NCBI GenBank assembly: GCA_052246995.1
Contig: JBQPWD010000001.1
Location: 245,574-309,573 of the forward strand
Length of the DNA: 64,000 nt
From: Candidatus Bathyarchaeota archaeon
Lineage (GTDB): Archaea > Thermoproteota > Bathyarchaeia > Hecatellales > Hecatellaceae
Direction of reading: 5' to 3'
The translations under genes and the position numbers were made by a program. Positions 19,191 to 27,937 of the stretch are shown here, in pieces. The first letter of the stretch is position 1; every line of letters starts with the position of its first letter. The notes beneath the pieces were generated by a model that was not told the DNA's origin, searched no databases, and worked only from the letters and a program-made list of their open reading frames with translations.

Positions 19191-20225
19191 TTAAACCTCG
19201 CTAATTTTTGGGAAATGTTTAGCAGGTTCTGGCTTAACCACCTTAACACCCTCAGACCTAAAAAATAGGTTTACTGAAGCACTTAAAGCGCACAGTGAAC
19301 CTATTCCTCTACCTAAAACTTTATTGTTATCTTTTAAAGTTAGGGTAAGATAATCTTCATAACTTAAAAACGCGTTTAAACCCAATTCAGTGTATCTTTT
19401 TAAAAAAATGTTTCCCATACTTCCCATTGACTTTCCAAACCATACATGTTTAACAGGACACTGGTCACAATAAGCTTTAAGAAGTTTACCCATTTTTGAA
19501 CCAGCCAATCCGGCAGAGACCTCCGCTCTAACAATTGCGTAGGCAACACAGCAACCCCAATCTTTACCTATAGTTTTCCCTGAAATAGTTAAGGTTGCGT
19601 TAACTCTAAAATCCTTCCAGCTAACCTCGTTTTCCACTTTTTTATCGTATTTCAATTTTCCAGTATTCGTCTCGTTCTTAAGCTTCTCCCTGACATAATC
19701 CGCTAAACTTTCACATCTTGCTGTAGCTATTACAGCAGCACATGCAGGACAAAAAACGTTTGAAGCTGAACTAATTTTATCCCCATTTTTATTAAAAAAT
19801 GAAACTGTTACACCAACACCTTCCCTGTAAACTTTAACAACACCGCCATCTTCCATAAGCTTTGAAATAGCTACTGCTGCTGGTCTAACTATACGTCCAT
19901 AACCAAAAATTTTTTTTACAATTTCCAAATCTTCAGTTTTTGTTAAAACATTTTTTAATTCATCTAAATACTTCTCAGGAAGAAATCCCCCGTTTATCAT
20001 AGCTTTTAATATTGCAGGTGACCATGTTATATCAACTCCTTCACCAACAACTTCACCATTATTATCCAATATTTTTGAATAAGCTCCTTCAGGAACCTCG
20101 TATAAAACAACCTTACCATTTAACCAACTTACGGCAGATAGAATGGTATGAAGCATTCCACAAGCTCCTTCACTTCTCCTCAGAAGATTTTGAACGTATG
20201 AACGTAATGTTTGCGTAAAATCCAA
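19191..20225 (-). CDS. Uncharacterised Cys-rich protein with internal repeats
   Basis: 344 aa ORF, TTG start, 4 nt gap to hypA; motifs GACG, CPAC, CC, CDQCPVKH. Confidence 0.75.
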   Translation of the reverse strand: MDFTQTLRSYVQNLLRRSEGACGMLHTILSAVSWLNGKVVLYEVPEGAYSKILDNNGEVVGEGVDITWSPAILKAMINGGFLPEKYLDELKNVLTKTEDLEIVKKIFGYGRIVRPAAVAISKLMEDGGVVKVYREGVGVTVSFFNKNGDKISSASNVFCPACAAVIATARCESLADYVREKLKNETNTGKLKYDKKVENEVSWKDFRVNATLTISGKTIGKDWGCCVAYAIVRAEVSAGLAGSKMGKLLKAYCDQCPVKHVWFGKSMGSMGNIFLKRYTELGLNAFLSYEDYLTLTLKDNNKVLGRGIGSLCALSASVNLFFRSEGVKVVKPEPAKHFPKISEV

Positions 20226-20324
20226 TAAAACAACCCCTATAAATCATTATAATATGAACTTGCTACCTATTATTAATGAGTATTATACCAATTATACTAG
20301 GGTAGCGAGTTAAAACAAAACCTT

Positions 20325-21827
20325 CTATTTGAGAGAATTTTGTGCGCGGTATGCAAGACCTTGTTTAAGCCCTAAAACACATCCCATACCACTGTTTCCA
20401 CCTAAAGGGTCTTTAGGGGTGCCTAAACCAAACATACATCTAGCCATTACACTTGCACCTAAAGCTAAACCATCTTCAACAAAAACAACCTTTTCCTCAA
20501 CTTTTTCACCTTCATACAGCCCCAGCTTATCAATATATTCCATAAATAACTCAGGTTTTCTTCCAGTTATTCCCGCACGTCCAGTTATTCCAATCGAAGT
20601 TTTTTTACTTATTAACCCCTTCTCCATAATGAGGGATACAATTCTACACGCTATTAGGGCTGAAACGTAGTCTAGGGTTGCATAAAGCTGGAAAATGCCG
20701 TAGTCCTTGTAAATTTCTAAGCCAAGTTTTCTTAGATAGGGAAAATTACTACCATTTACACCACAATCACAACCAACAAGCAGAATGTCTTTTTCCTCGG
20801 CAAATCTGGGATTTACAGGAACTGTTCCATACCTAGTAACATTGGAGCTTATCTTCTCAATCCTAATATAGTTATGAGCTTCTTCAGCAAGCTTTTCAGC
20901 ATAAGTCCAGTCAACCTCTTTTTCAGTTTTTTTCTCCTTTTGTGGTTGTGTAAAGTTAAACGTTAAAGCGGATGAGGATTTTTCTATTCCTTGAACCATA
21001 GCATCACAAATTGCTCCAGCTAAACCACATATGCTTCCGATTGTGTGGGCATAAGGGATGGAGTCGTCGGTTACTCTACCTTTAAGCGTTGTACCAAAAT
21101 CTAAGCTTAAAACCGGATTTCTAAAATCTAAGTTAACCCATTTTGCGCCAAGCTTAATTCCAGCTGTGGAAAGCTCAGCCTCCATTTCATTACCCATAAT
21201 TTCACCCATAACACGTGGAGGAAGAATTCCTGCTACTGCACCAGTAAATGGAACGTTGCCAAGTTTAGAGTACGGTTTAAGTTTCTCTGGTACGTGAAAA
21301 ATTGTTAACGGTGCAACCATTTTTGATGGCTTTATTCCAGCTTTAAGGCAACCTTCTGCTAAAGCCTTAATCATGACACCAACCTCCTCAGGTTTTGCAA
21401 AACCTGCTGTTACACCTGTCGACCTTACCACAAAATTTAGGTCTTCATCTTTATCCACCTTAGCATTAGCTAAGCAATTGGAAAGTAATTCATGTAAAAA
21501 ATCTACAATAGCTTCTTTACTTAAAGGCTTACCCCACAAAGTTTTTCCAAAAACAACTTCAAAAGGTTTCGGCGGCCTTATCCACTCTGTAAGGTATACT
21601 TCCTTATTGATGAGGTAGACCTTATTGTTTTCTAGGTTTGTTGCTGTTATAATACATTTTGTTGTCGTGTTTCCAAGCTCAACCGATGCTACAACAAACA
21701 GTGGTGGTGAAGGATTAACACCCAACGCGTAGCTGGCTTCTTGCTTAACTCTGATTTTGTTTAACTCAGTATAAACACTTTTAGCAAACCTAGGTTTGTG
21801 TCCACGTTTAAACTTTAATTTTTTCAT
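20325..21827 (-). CDS. mmp14: Methanogenesis marker protein 14 (DUF2114)
   Basis: SVELGNTTTKCI, FVVRSTGV, NEMEAEL, DFRNP..SLDFGTTL, GITGRAGITG, DGLALGASVMARC; directly after mtrH. Confidence 0.93.
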   Translation of the reverse strand: MKKLKFKRGHKPRFAKSVYTELNKIRVKQEASYALGVNPSPPLFVVASVELGNTTTKCIITATNLENNKVYLINKEVYLTEWIRPPKPFEVVFGKTLWGKPLSKEAIVDFLHELLSNCLANAKVDKDEDLNFVVRSTGVTAGFAKPEEVGVMIKALAEGCLKAGIKPSKMVAPLTIFHVPEKLKPYSKLGNVPFTGAVAGILPPRVMGEIMGNEMEAELSTAGIKLGAKWVNLDFRNPVLSLDFGTTLKGRVTDDSIPYAHTIGSICGLAGAICDAMVQGIEKSSSALTFNFTQPQKEKKTEKEVDWTYAEKLAEEAHNYIRIEKISSNVTRYGTVPVNPRFAEEKDILLVGCDCGVNGSNFPYLRKLGLEIYKDYGIFQLYATLDYVSALIACRIVSLIMEKGLISKKTSIGITGRAGITGRKPELFMEYIDKLGLYEGEKVEEKVVFVEDGLALGASVMARCMFGLGTPKDPLGGNSGMGCVLGLKQGLAYRAQNSLK

Positions 21828-21855
21828 AAAAAAATTATTTTTAATATTTTAAGCT

Positions 21856-22803
21856 TCAACCTATAAGCTTCTTAAACGGATGTCCTTCGCATGGAGTTAT
21901 TTTAAGTTCAAGGTTTGCTGCCTCAGCTATGAAAACATCGGCCATCGCTGCGATTGCAAAAACCCCTTCAGCATTTTCTATTGGGCCGTAAAGAACAAAG
22001 TTTCCGCCACTCATTATTTGAAGTAGGTTGCTTGAAATGTCACAGAACTTAAACATATCTTTCCCAAATGGAAGCGACTTCTTAACTTTTTTAAGCCAAG
22101 TCCATGCTGAAACTGCATTATGAATTCCGCTTCCAACCGGAAGGCCAAACTTAGATTTTATGACGTAGGTTGACATGAGAGCGGAACCTGCACCTGACCC
22201 TAGTGGCACTATTGCTACATCTATAAGCTTACCCACAACACCACACTCATCAGCTAACTCTAAAAGACCTTTGGGTGTAAGTCCTGCACCATTTAGTAGA
22301 AGTTCAACCCTACCCTTAACAGAAGGATCCTTAACGTTGAAAGCCAGTATGATGGAATTTGATATTCTCAAACTTTTAAGTGCATCTAGTTCTTTTTGGT
22401 CTATTGAAGGGTTTATAGAGTTGTATATGGCTCTACCTACAAGCCCTGTTTCTTTAACGAATTTGGCGCCGGCAATTCTAACTTTTGCATCTGTTGAGTC
22501 TATTAGAAACGGAGCATCTGTAGTGTTGGCTACAAAATCAATATATTTGGTAATTGCTTCCTCACTTTCAGAGAAAACTTGAACCATACAAGGATTTCCA
22601 GTTAAGTCCGACATTTCTTCCTGTTTCTTTAACAACTCCTCAGCTTTTTTCTTGTCAAAAACCCCTTTAGCAGGGTCTTCAACTATTTTATGTCCACCAT
22701 AGAAAATTGTTCCAGCGAGAACTACAGGATTTTCTCCAGGTTGACCTCCTACTTTAACCTTGCCTATTTGTACAACTTGTTGTTCTTTCGCAAACTTAAA
22801 CAT
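21856..22803 (-). CDS. mtrH: Tetrahydromethanopterin S-methyltransferase subunit H
   Basis: MFKF.KEQ, GGQPGE, GTIFY..HKIV, FLIDST, IYNSIN, GSGIHNA.SAW, LYGPIENA. Confidence 0.96.
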   Translation of the reverse strand: MFKFAKEQQVVQIGKVKVGGQPGENPVVLAGTIFYGGHKIVEDPAKGVFDKKKAEELLKKQEEMSDLTGNPCMVQVFSESEEAITKYIDFVANTTDAPFLIDSTDAKVRIAGAKFVKETGLVGRAIYNSINPSIDQKELDALKSLRISNSIILAFNVKDPSVKGRVELLLNGAGLTPKGLLELADECGVVGKLIDVAIVPLGSGAGSALMSTYVIKSKFGLPVGSGIHNAVSAWTWLKKVKKSLPFGKDMFKFCDISSNLLQIMSGGNFVLYGPIENAEGVFAIAAMADVFIAEAANLELKITPCEGHPFKKLIG

Positions 22804-22837
22804 GTTTCTCCCCCAACTTTACCATTTTAAAACCTAC

Positions 22838-23095
22838 CTATAGTAAGTGGAGAACAAATTTTAATATTATGCAGGCAATTGTACCAATAATAAATCCCCA
22901 TAGGAAGCCAATGTTACTACCTATTTTTACTCCTTCTTTTTGAGCCAACTCTCCTAACACAAATTCTACGCGTTCATCAACTTCATCAAGTTTTTTGTAC
23001 AATTCGAATATTTCTGGAGGGGTAATTATAAGTGGTACTGCAATTTCCGGATTTACAGATTTTTCTACATTTTCTTCTTTTAACATGGGCATCAC
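22838..23095 (-). CDS. mtrG: Tetrahydromethanopterin S-methyltransferase subunit G
   Basis: KLDEVDERVEFVLGELAQKEGVKIGSNIGFLWG plus TM helix. Confidence 0.9.
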   Translation of the reverse strand: MMPMLKEENVEKSVNPEIAVPLIITPPEIFELYKKLDEVDERVEFVLGELAQKEGVKIGSNIGFLWGFIIGTIACIILKFVLHLL

Positions 23096-23299
23096 CTAAT
23101 GAATAAAGTAGGTAAAAACAACTCCAAAAAGTATCAGCGAGAGTGCAAAACCAAGTATGAATCCTTTTACTAGGCCAACTGTGAAGCCTGCAGCAAACTT
23201 ATTTTCTCTCCCAATCATCTGGATACGTGTTTTTATATCGTTAATTCGTGCCTCCAATAATGCTACTTCACTTGTATATCCTGTCTTTTTTTCTGACAT
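23096..23299 (-). CDS. Small Mtr membrane subunit in the mtrF position, but resembling the C-terminal anchor of MtrA
   Basis: ALLEARINDIKTRIQMIG..NKFAAG...G..KGFILG plus TM helix; located between mtrA and mtrG. Confidence 0.75.
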   Translation of the reverse strand: MSEKKTGYTSEVALLEARINDIKTRIQMIGRENKFAAGFTVGLVKGFILGFALSLILFGVVFTYFIH

Positions 23300-24061
23300 T
23301 TAAACCACCAACCCGGTTGTAAGCAAAATTAGGAGGAAGATGAGTGATAATATTAGACCTAAAACTAATCCTTTACCTCTCTCATTTGAGACGGCTGTTG
23401 TAATTCTACGTTCCCTACCTATAAGCTGAACCTTATATTTGATATCATCAACCAGTGAGGATAGTGACGTCATAGCTGGAGATATAAATGGTGCAAGCGG
23501 TATTTCAACACGAGCTGCAACTTCTTCAACTTTTTCTTCAGCAATCTTCAAGATGTACGGAGCCTCTGGATATGCTCCAGGATCTTGTTTAACAAGTTCT
23601 TCAACCTTAGCCTTAATCTTACCTACATCCTCAACACCTATCATGTCTATAATGGTAATTTGCTTCTTAAAACGTTCAACAACTTCTTCTGAAAGATGTT
23701 CAACGTATGGTATTGCTCCAGGTGCATCACGTACCTTTTTGCTTGACGGGTCAATGCCTTTTTCCGATAAACACTTTAGGGTTCCTCCAGTAACATGTCC
23801 TGTAACCTCCGCTCCACAGATAATCAGAAAACGTATGTTTGGATTTGATAACGTGTTTGCTACAACCTTTTCTATGCCAATGTTTTCAGTTTTACATGGA
23901 CCTGATATTGCAACACCAGAAAAATTGGCTACATCCCGGTACAAGGTTTCTGAGGCTAATGTACAAATAGCTATACATCCTTTAGGGTTCCCTACCACGT
24001 AGTCTCCTGACAGTATCGGCCAACCTTCGGCTGGTTCACATTTTTTTACTTCTCCACTCAT
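23300..24061 (-). CDS. mtrA: Tetrahydromethanopterin S-methyltransferase subunit A (corrinoid domain) with an MtrF-like C-terminal anchor
   Basis: GWP...GDY..G, GPCKTENIGIEKVVAN..SNPNIRF, GAEVTGH (Co-ligand His), GAIPYVE. Confidence 0.95.
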   Translation of the reverse strand: MSGEVKKCEPAEGWPILSGDYVVGNPKGCIAICTLASETLYRDVANFSGVAISGPCKTENIGIEKVVANTLSNPNIRFLIICGAEVTGHVTGGTLKCLSEKGIDPSSKKVRDAPGAIPYVEHLSEEVVERFKKQITIIDMIGVEDVGKIKAKVEELVKQDPGAYPEAPYILKIAEEKVEEVAARVEIPLAPFISPAMTSLSSLVDDIKYKVQLIGRERRITTAVSNERGKGLVLGLILSLIFLLILLTTGLVV

Positions 24062-24067
24062 ACTGTT

Positions 24068-24409
24068 TTAACCTCCAAAAATTATTTTGAAGATTTCTGG
24101 TTTAGTTAAAGCGAGATATGTTAACATAAACAAAGCAAAAACAACATTTCCAATTACAAAACCAATGACAACATTTGTTAACCTTCCAGCCATCTTATAG
24201 ACTTCGCTTCTCCGTGGTCTGGAGGATATTAGCGGTTGGGTTGACGGGTCTAAGGATGAAAGAAGTTCAAGCGACAAAAGGTCTAACTCCTCAACTTTTC
24301 TTGTTAACGGTTCTATGTCGAGTATTGCTATATCCCTTCTTGCTTCACCAATTAGCATATAATTTTCATCTAAAATTATGTTATAATCTTGGGAAATAAT
24401 AGCGGGCAT
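24068..24409 (-). CDS. mtrB: Tetrahydromethanopterin S-methyltransferase subunit B
   Basis: SLDPST...S.PRR.EVY..AG.LTN..IGF plus TM helix; operon position. Confidence 0.88.
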   Translation of the reverse strand: MPAIISQDYNIILDENYMLIGEARRDIAILDIEPLTRKVEELDLLSLELLSSLDPSTQPLISSRPRRSEVYKMAGRLTNVVIGFVIGNVVFALFMLTYLALTKPEIFKIIFGG

Positions 24410-24419
24410 TTTACATCAC

Positions 24420-25220
24420 CTACTTTCTTTTTACTTTTGGGGGTATGCCTGTCCAAACGGTTGATGCTGCTTCTCTCATACAAACGTGTAGAAAGTTGTA
24501 TAAACCGTAAATCCATACAACAACACCCGCAACAATAACTGGTATTGCTTGTAGCGGAGTTGTAATAGCTAGGGCTATGATGCCAACTAAAGTTATGTTT
24601 AGACCGGTAACTACCACACCTATCCTTAAAGTCCTTGCCTGTCTTTCTCCTCCGCCAAGTCCAGCGTTGAAGGGATGAAAAACAGTAAAGCTTGAACCCC
24701 AAAATATCACGATTATAAAGCCTGTGTACAATAGGTTTGGCATTACCTTTTCGTTAAAAAATTCTGCGGTAAAAGTATAACCTCCAACTGCCGCGCATAA
24801 TAGACACATAAGTATTAAGCTTGAGCCTAAAGCTAGCTCAAGAATATACTTTGTAAAGTTTGGTATCTCAAGAATCTTAAACCTACTAATCAAGATACCG
24901 TAGACTAATCCCGCTATGCCTGCAATCACAACACCGTAGATAGGTTGAAATTTAAGTCCAACTAGGGCTGCAAGAATACCCATAGACGTTACAAGGTTTC
25001 CTATTGATGGTACACCTGTACCTAAACCATAGCTCGCAATCCTTCTTACAGCATCAGCTCCCCACAGTGCGGGGGGTATAACTAAGACCGCCGCAATGAC
25101 AGGGTGAATACTGCTTCCATAAACGCCTATAATACCTGAGATTAAACCTATAATTGCAAGATGTTTTGGTGGAACCGAAACTCTTTTAAGCGTTTCAGTT
25201 GTTGTGTGTGCATGAGACAA
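24420..25220 (-). CDS. mtrC: Tetrahydromethanopterin S-methyltransferase subunit C
   Basis: WGADAVRRIASYGLGTGVPSIG; HPFNAGLG..E.Q.RTL. Confidence 0.95.
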   Translation of the reverse strand: MSHAHTTTETLKRVSVPPKHLAIIGLISGIIGVYGSSIHPVIAAVLVIPPALWGADAVRRIASYGLGTGVPSIGNLVTSMGILAALVGLKFQPIYGVVIAGIAGLVYGILISRFKILEIPNFTKYILELALGSSLILMCLLCAAVGGYTFTAEFFNEKVMPNLLYTGFIIVIFWGSSFTVFHPFNAGLGGGERQARTLRIGVVVTGLNITLVGIIALAITTPLQAIPVIVAGVVVWIYGLYNFLHVCMREAASTVWTGIPPKVKRK

Positions 25221-25223
25221 TAT

Positions 25224-25976
25224 CTACACCCCCACAACTAAAATTGCAAGTAACCCAAAAACTAGTGAAGCAATAAAGCATACAGGGCCAGCCTTTGGTA
25301 AGTACTTTTTAAACTTTGGATCCCACCAACCTTCAATAACTCCTCTTATACCGTAGGCTGCGATGTTGGCATTTATGAAGTATATGCCTAGAGCAGTAAT
25401 ACATGCTAAAGCCATGAGTGTTGGGTTTAAAGTTAAGTTTTCGGCAACTCCTAAGATCTCACCTAGACCTGTTAAACCTAAAGAGACTCTGTAGATTACC
25501 GTGGCTGTTAAAGCTCCACCAACTCCACCAAGGAAACCACCAATCACTCCGCTTATGAAGCATGCTGTTGGAACACCGTGGCCAACAGTTCCAGGGGTAA
25601 TATATTTTTTAACATGTTCCTTAGTTACAGGGTCTCTTTCTGCGGTTGCTAAAGCTGGAACAATCCCACGACCAAAGATGAGTAGAAGGTTACATATAAC
25701 AAATGTTACACATAACATTAAAGCTGAACTTATTCCACCGTTTAACACTATCAACCATCCGGGTATTCCAGGTTGAATATGTAAGGCTGCTGTCATAAGC
25801 AAACCTGTTATACCAGATCCGGCAGCCAACATTTCACATCCAGTTGCAAGACCAGTAGCAGTAGCCATGGCTGCTGGCGCACCGCCAACAGGAATAAAGA
25901 AAACACCTATACAAATTAAAGTTCCACCAATTGCTACCAGTATTAAAATTGTTATTAATGTTGCTATGTCAATCAT
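25224..25976 (-). CDS. mtrD: Tetrahydromethanopterin S-methyltransferase subunit D
   Basis: FIPVGGAPAAMATATG, DPVT, YITPGTVGHGVPT, IEG..DPKFK. Confidence 0.95.
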   Translation of the reverse strand: MIDIATLITILILVAIGGTLICIGVFFIPVGGAPAAMATATGLATGCEMLAAGSGITGLLMTAALHIQPGIPGWLIVLNGGISSALMLCVTFVICNLLLIFGRGIVPALATAERDPVTKEHVKKYITPGTVGHGVPTACFISGVIGGFLGGVGGALTATVIYRVSLGLTGLGEILGVAENLTLNPTLMALACITALGIYFINANIAAYGIRGVIEGWWDPKFKKYLPKAGPVCFIASLVFGLLAILVVGV

Positions 25977-25982
25977 TTTTAC

Positions 25983-26888
25983 TCACTCCTCATATGTCCC
26001 AAATTTTCTTCTTGCAAAAACTTCAACCCTCCTGTTTATGAAGAGAAGTACAACTATTATAGTCAAACCAACAGCAATGTTTACTGCTGGGAAAAATAGG
26101 TTTCCAAGGATCAATCTAAAGTTGTCTAGGAGAAATATTAGCCCGTAGCAAAGGCCTGCCATAGGCCCACCATATTTTGCACAAAAATATACTATGTCAT
26201 TGCTTGTTCTATACCCAAGTTCGGACTTAACTGTTATATTTCCATGATGAGCCATAGCTATACCTTCCCCAAAAGTTGTATGCTGAAACTCACGTTCAGC
26301 ACCATAATGGGTATCTCCTGTTGATGAACCTACTGAACCTGCAATCAATCCAAGCATAAAAGATATAATCGGTATGGCAACAGGATATCCGAGATAAATG
26401 CCTAAAGCAGAGAAAGCTGTTGAATAAAATATGTAGGCCATTGTTGTATAGAGTGTTGTACATACAAATCCATAAGCCGCTATGAGTGGAAGTTGCCCTA
26501 CTAGAACATCCAAGTATAATGGTTGTCCAAATATGTTGTGACTTGTAGTTCTTCCAACATGGGCTGTTGTAGCTAAGCTCATGTGTACTAATGCGGTTAA
26601 CCCGCATGCAATGGGTAGTGAAACTATAACTGGCCACTTAAAAAACTGTAGAAATATGGCAAAAAGCGTTCCAGCAATGGCCCCATAAAATCCGTGGGAG
26701 GCAGGTTCCCCAGAGATTGCCTTGTTAAAGATTCTGTGAGGATTGCCAACTTGTGGTGCAAGCTGAACTTGAGAGTTTGGGTTGCTTTGGGAACCAACAT
26801 CTGATTCTAGGTCTTCAAACCAGCCAACTAATGTTGCTAAAGCAACCATAACACCAAATATTCCCAGCAATATAAACAGAAACTCCAA
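25983..26888 (-). CDS. mtrE: Tetrahydromethanopterin S-methyltransferase subunit E (Na+-translocating)
   Basis: EDLESDVGSQSNPNSQVQLAPQ, HRIFNKAISGEP, GSSTGDTHYGAERE. Confidence 0.97.
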   Translation of the reverse strand: MEFLFILLGIFGVMVALATLVGWFEDLESDVGSQSNPNSQVQLAPQVGNPHRIFNKAISGEPASHGFYGAIAGTLFAIFLQFFKWPVIVSLPIACGLTALVHMSLATTAHVGRTTSHNIFGQPLYLDVLVGQLPLIAAYGFVCTTLYTTMAYIFYSTAFSALGIYLGYPVAIPIISFMLGLIAGSVGSSTGDTHYGAEREFQHTTFGEGIAMAHHGNITVKSELGYRTSNDIVYFCAKYGGPMAGLCYGLIFLLDNFRLILGNLFFPAVNIAVGLTIIVVLLFINRRVEVFARRKFGTYEE

Positions 26889-27170
26889 TCTTCCATTCCT
26901 CCCAGAACCTCTTCCTTAAAAATTTTGGTTTTGGTATTAGTATGCTTAAAAGGATATTTAACATTTTTTACCTAGTGATTTAGCTGCATTAACAAAACTG
27001 CACAAAATCAAAAAATTCTAGGTTACTTCAAAAATTTTATTACAGCCTCTGGGATTTGCTAAACCCTAAAATAAAAAACCCGCAAAAAAGGAAATAAATC
27101 GTCACCAATTACCCTAACATTTCCCCTTACGGAAAAATTTACTTCTGCAAGCTTACCTTACTACTTTAAT

Positions 27171-27506
27171 TTACTTGTTTTCGTTTTTAGCAAGTCTGCT
27201 ATAAGAAGCTAATTCTCTTACCCTTTCCTCCAACCTTTTACGGATGAATTCTTTAGCCTTAGAAAGGTTGGCTTTAGAACCTTTAAGCACTAATGTCCTA
27301 GGCAACAAGTATGCATCATCCGGTAATGGTATGTTAAGCTCTACTTCACTTACTACAAGGTTGAACTTTTTTGCAGCTTCAATCATAATAGTAAGTGGTG
27401 TCCCAGGAGGAACTGGAAGAATAAGCTCTTTATTAACTTCTTCACCTTTTGTTGGTGTCTTATTTTTTCCTTCTGAAACATTTTTTATCCTTCTTTTTTT
27501 ATTCAT
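27171..27506 (-). CDS. Small hypothetical protein, translationally coupled to mcrD
   Basis: 111 aa ORF overlapping the mcrD stop (ATGA); VPPGTP..I..EAAKKF motif. Confidence 0.7.
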   Translation of the reverse strand: MNKKRRIKNVSEGKNKTPTKGEEVNKELILPVPPGTPLTIMIEAAKKFNLVVSEVELNIPLPDDAYLLPRTLVLKGSKANLSKAKEFIRKRLEERVRELASYSRLAKNENK

Positions 27507-27844
27507 GTCTTTTCAACTTTATTATCTGTAGCAATTCTTCCTTTCAAATAATCAGAAACTGTTGGACGGGGCTTTGTAAACCTTCCAACTCTAATATGGT
27601 AACCGATAGGAAGAAGCTTTTTTAAAACCTTATCAATCTTGTCAACAATACTAGGGTCATCAACTTGGATGATTAAACGTTTAACCGGACCATCTTCCCC
27701 ATCTTCGTATTGAAGAGCATCAAAAAGCACATTAGTAACTCCCTTAATACTCCACAATTTTTTAGCAACTTTTTCAGCGTTTTTTTGACTTATCAACCTT
27801 AAGGGAAAAACCTCAACCTCTAAGCATACATCTCCACCAATCAT
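27503..27844 (-). CDS. mcrD: Methyl-coenzyme M reductase operon protein D (short form)
   Basis: EVFPLRLI...AEK, KGV.NV, LPIGY...VGRFTKPRPTVSDYLK. Confidence 0.85.
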   Translation of the reverse strand: MIGGDVCLEVEVFPLRLISQKNAEKVAKKLWSIKGVTNVLFDALQYEDGEDGPVKRLIIQVDDPSIVDKIDKVLKKLLPIGYHIRVGRFTKPRPTVSDYLKGRIATDNKVEKT

Positions 27845-27937
27845 GTTAAAACACTCTGTCTACTGGCTACAATATTTGTTGAGTTTTAAACTTATAAAAA
27901 TCTTTCACTTATTTAAACCTAAAGTTTAAGGCTAAAC

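Noticed and set aside
19187-19249. N-terminal extension of HypA given in the ORF track
   Set aside because: It overlaps the upstream gene, and HypA needs MHE at its N-terminus, so TTG 19186 is the start
24376-24702. Alternative-frame ORFs within mtrC/mtrE containing Cys runs (also 26296-26637)
   Set aside because: Off-frame by-products of repeated GTT/GCT codons in hydrophobic genes
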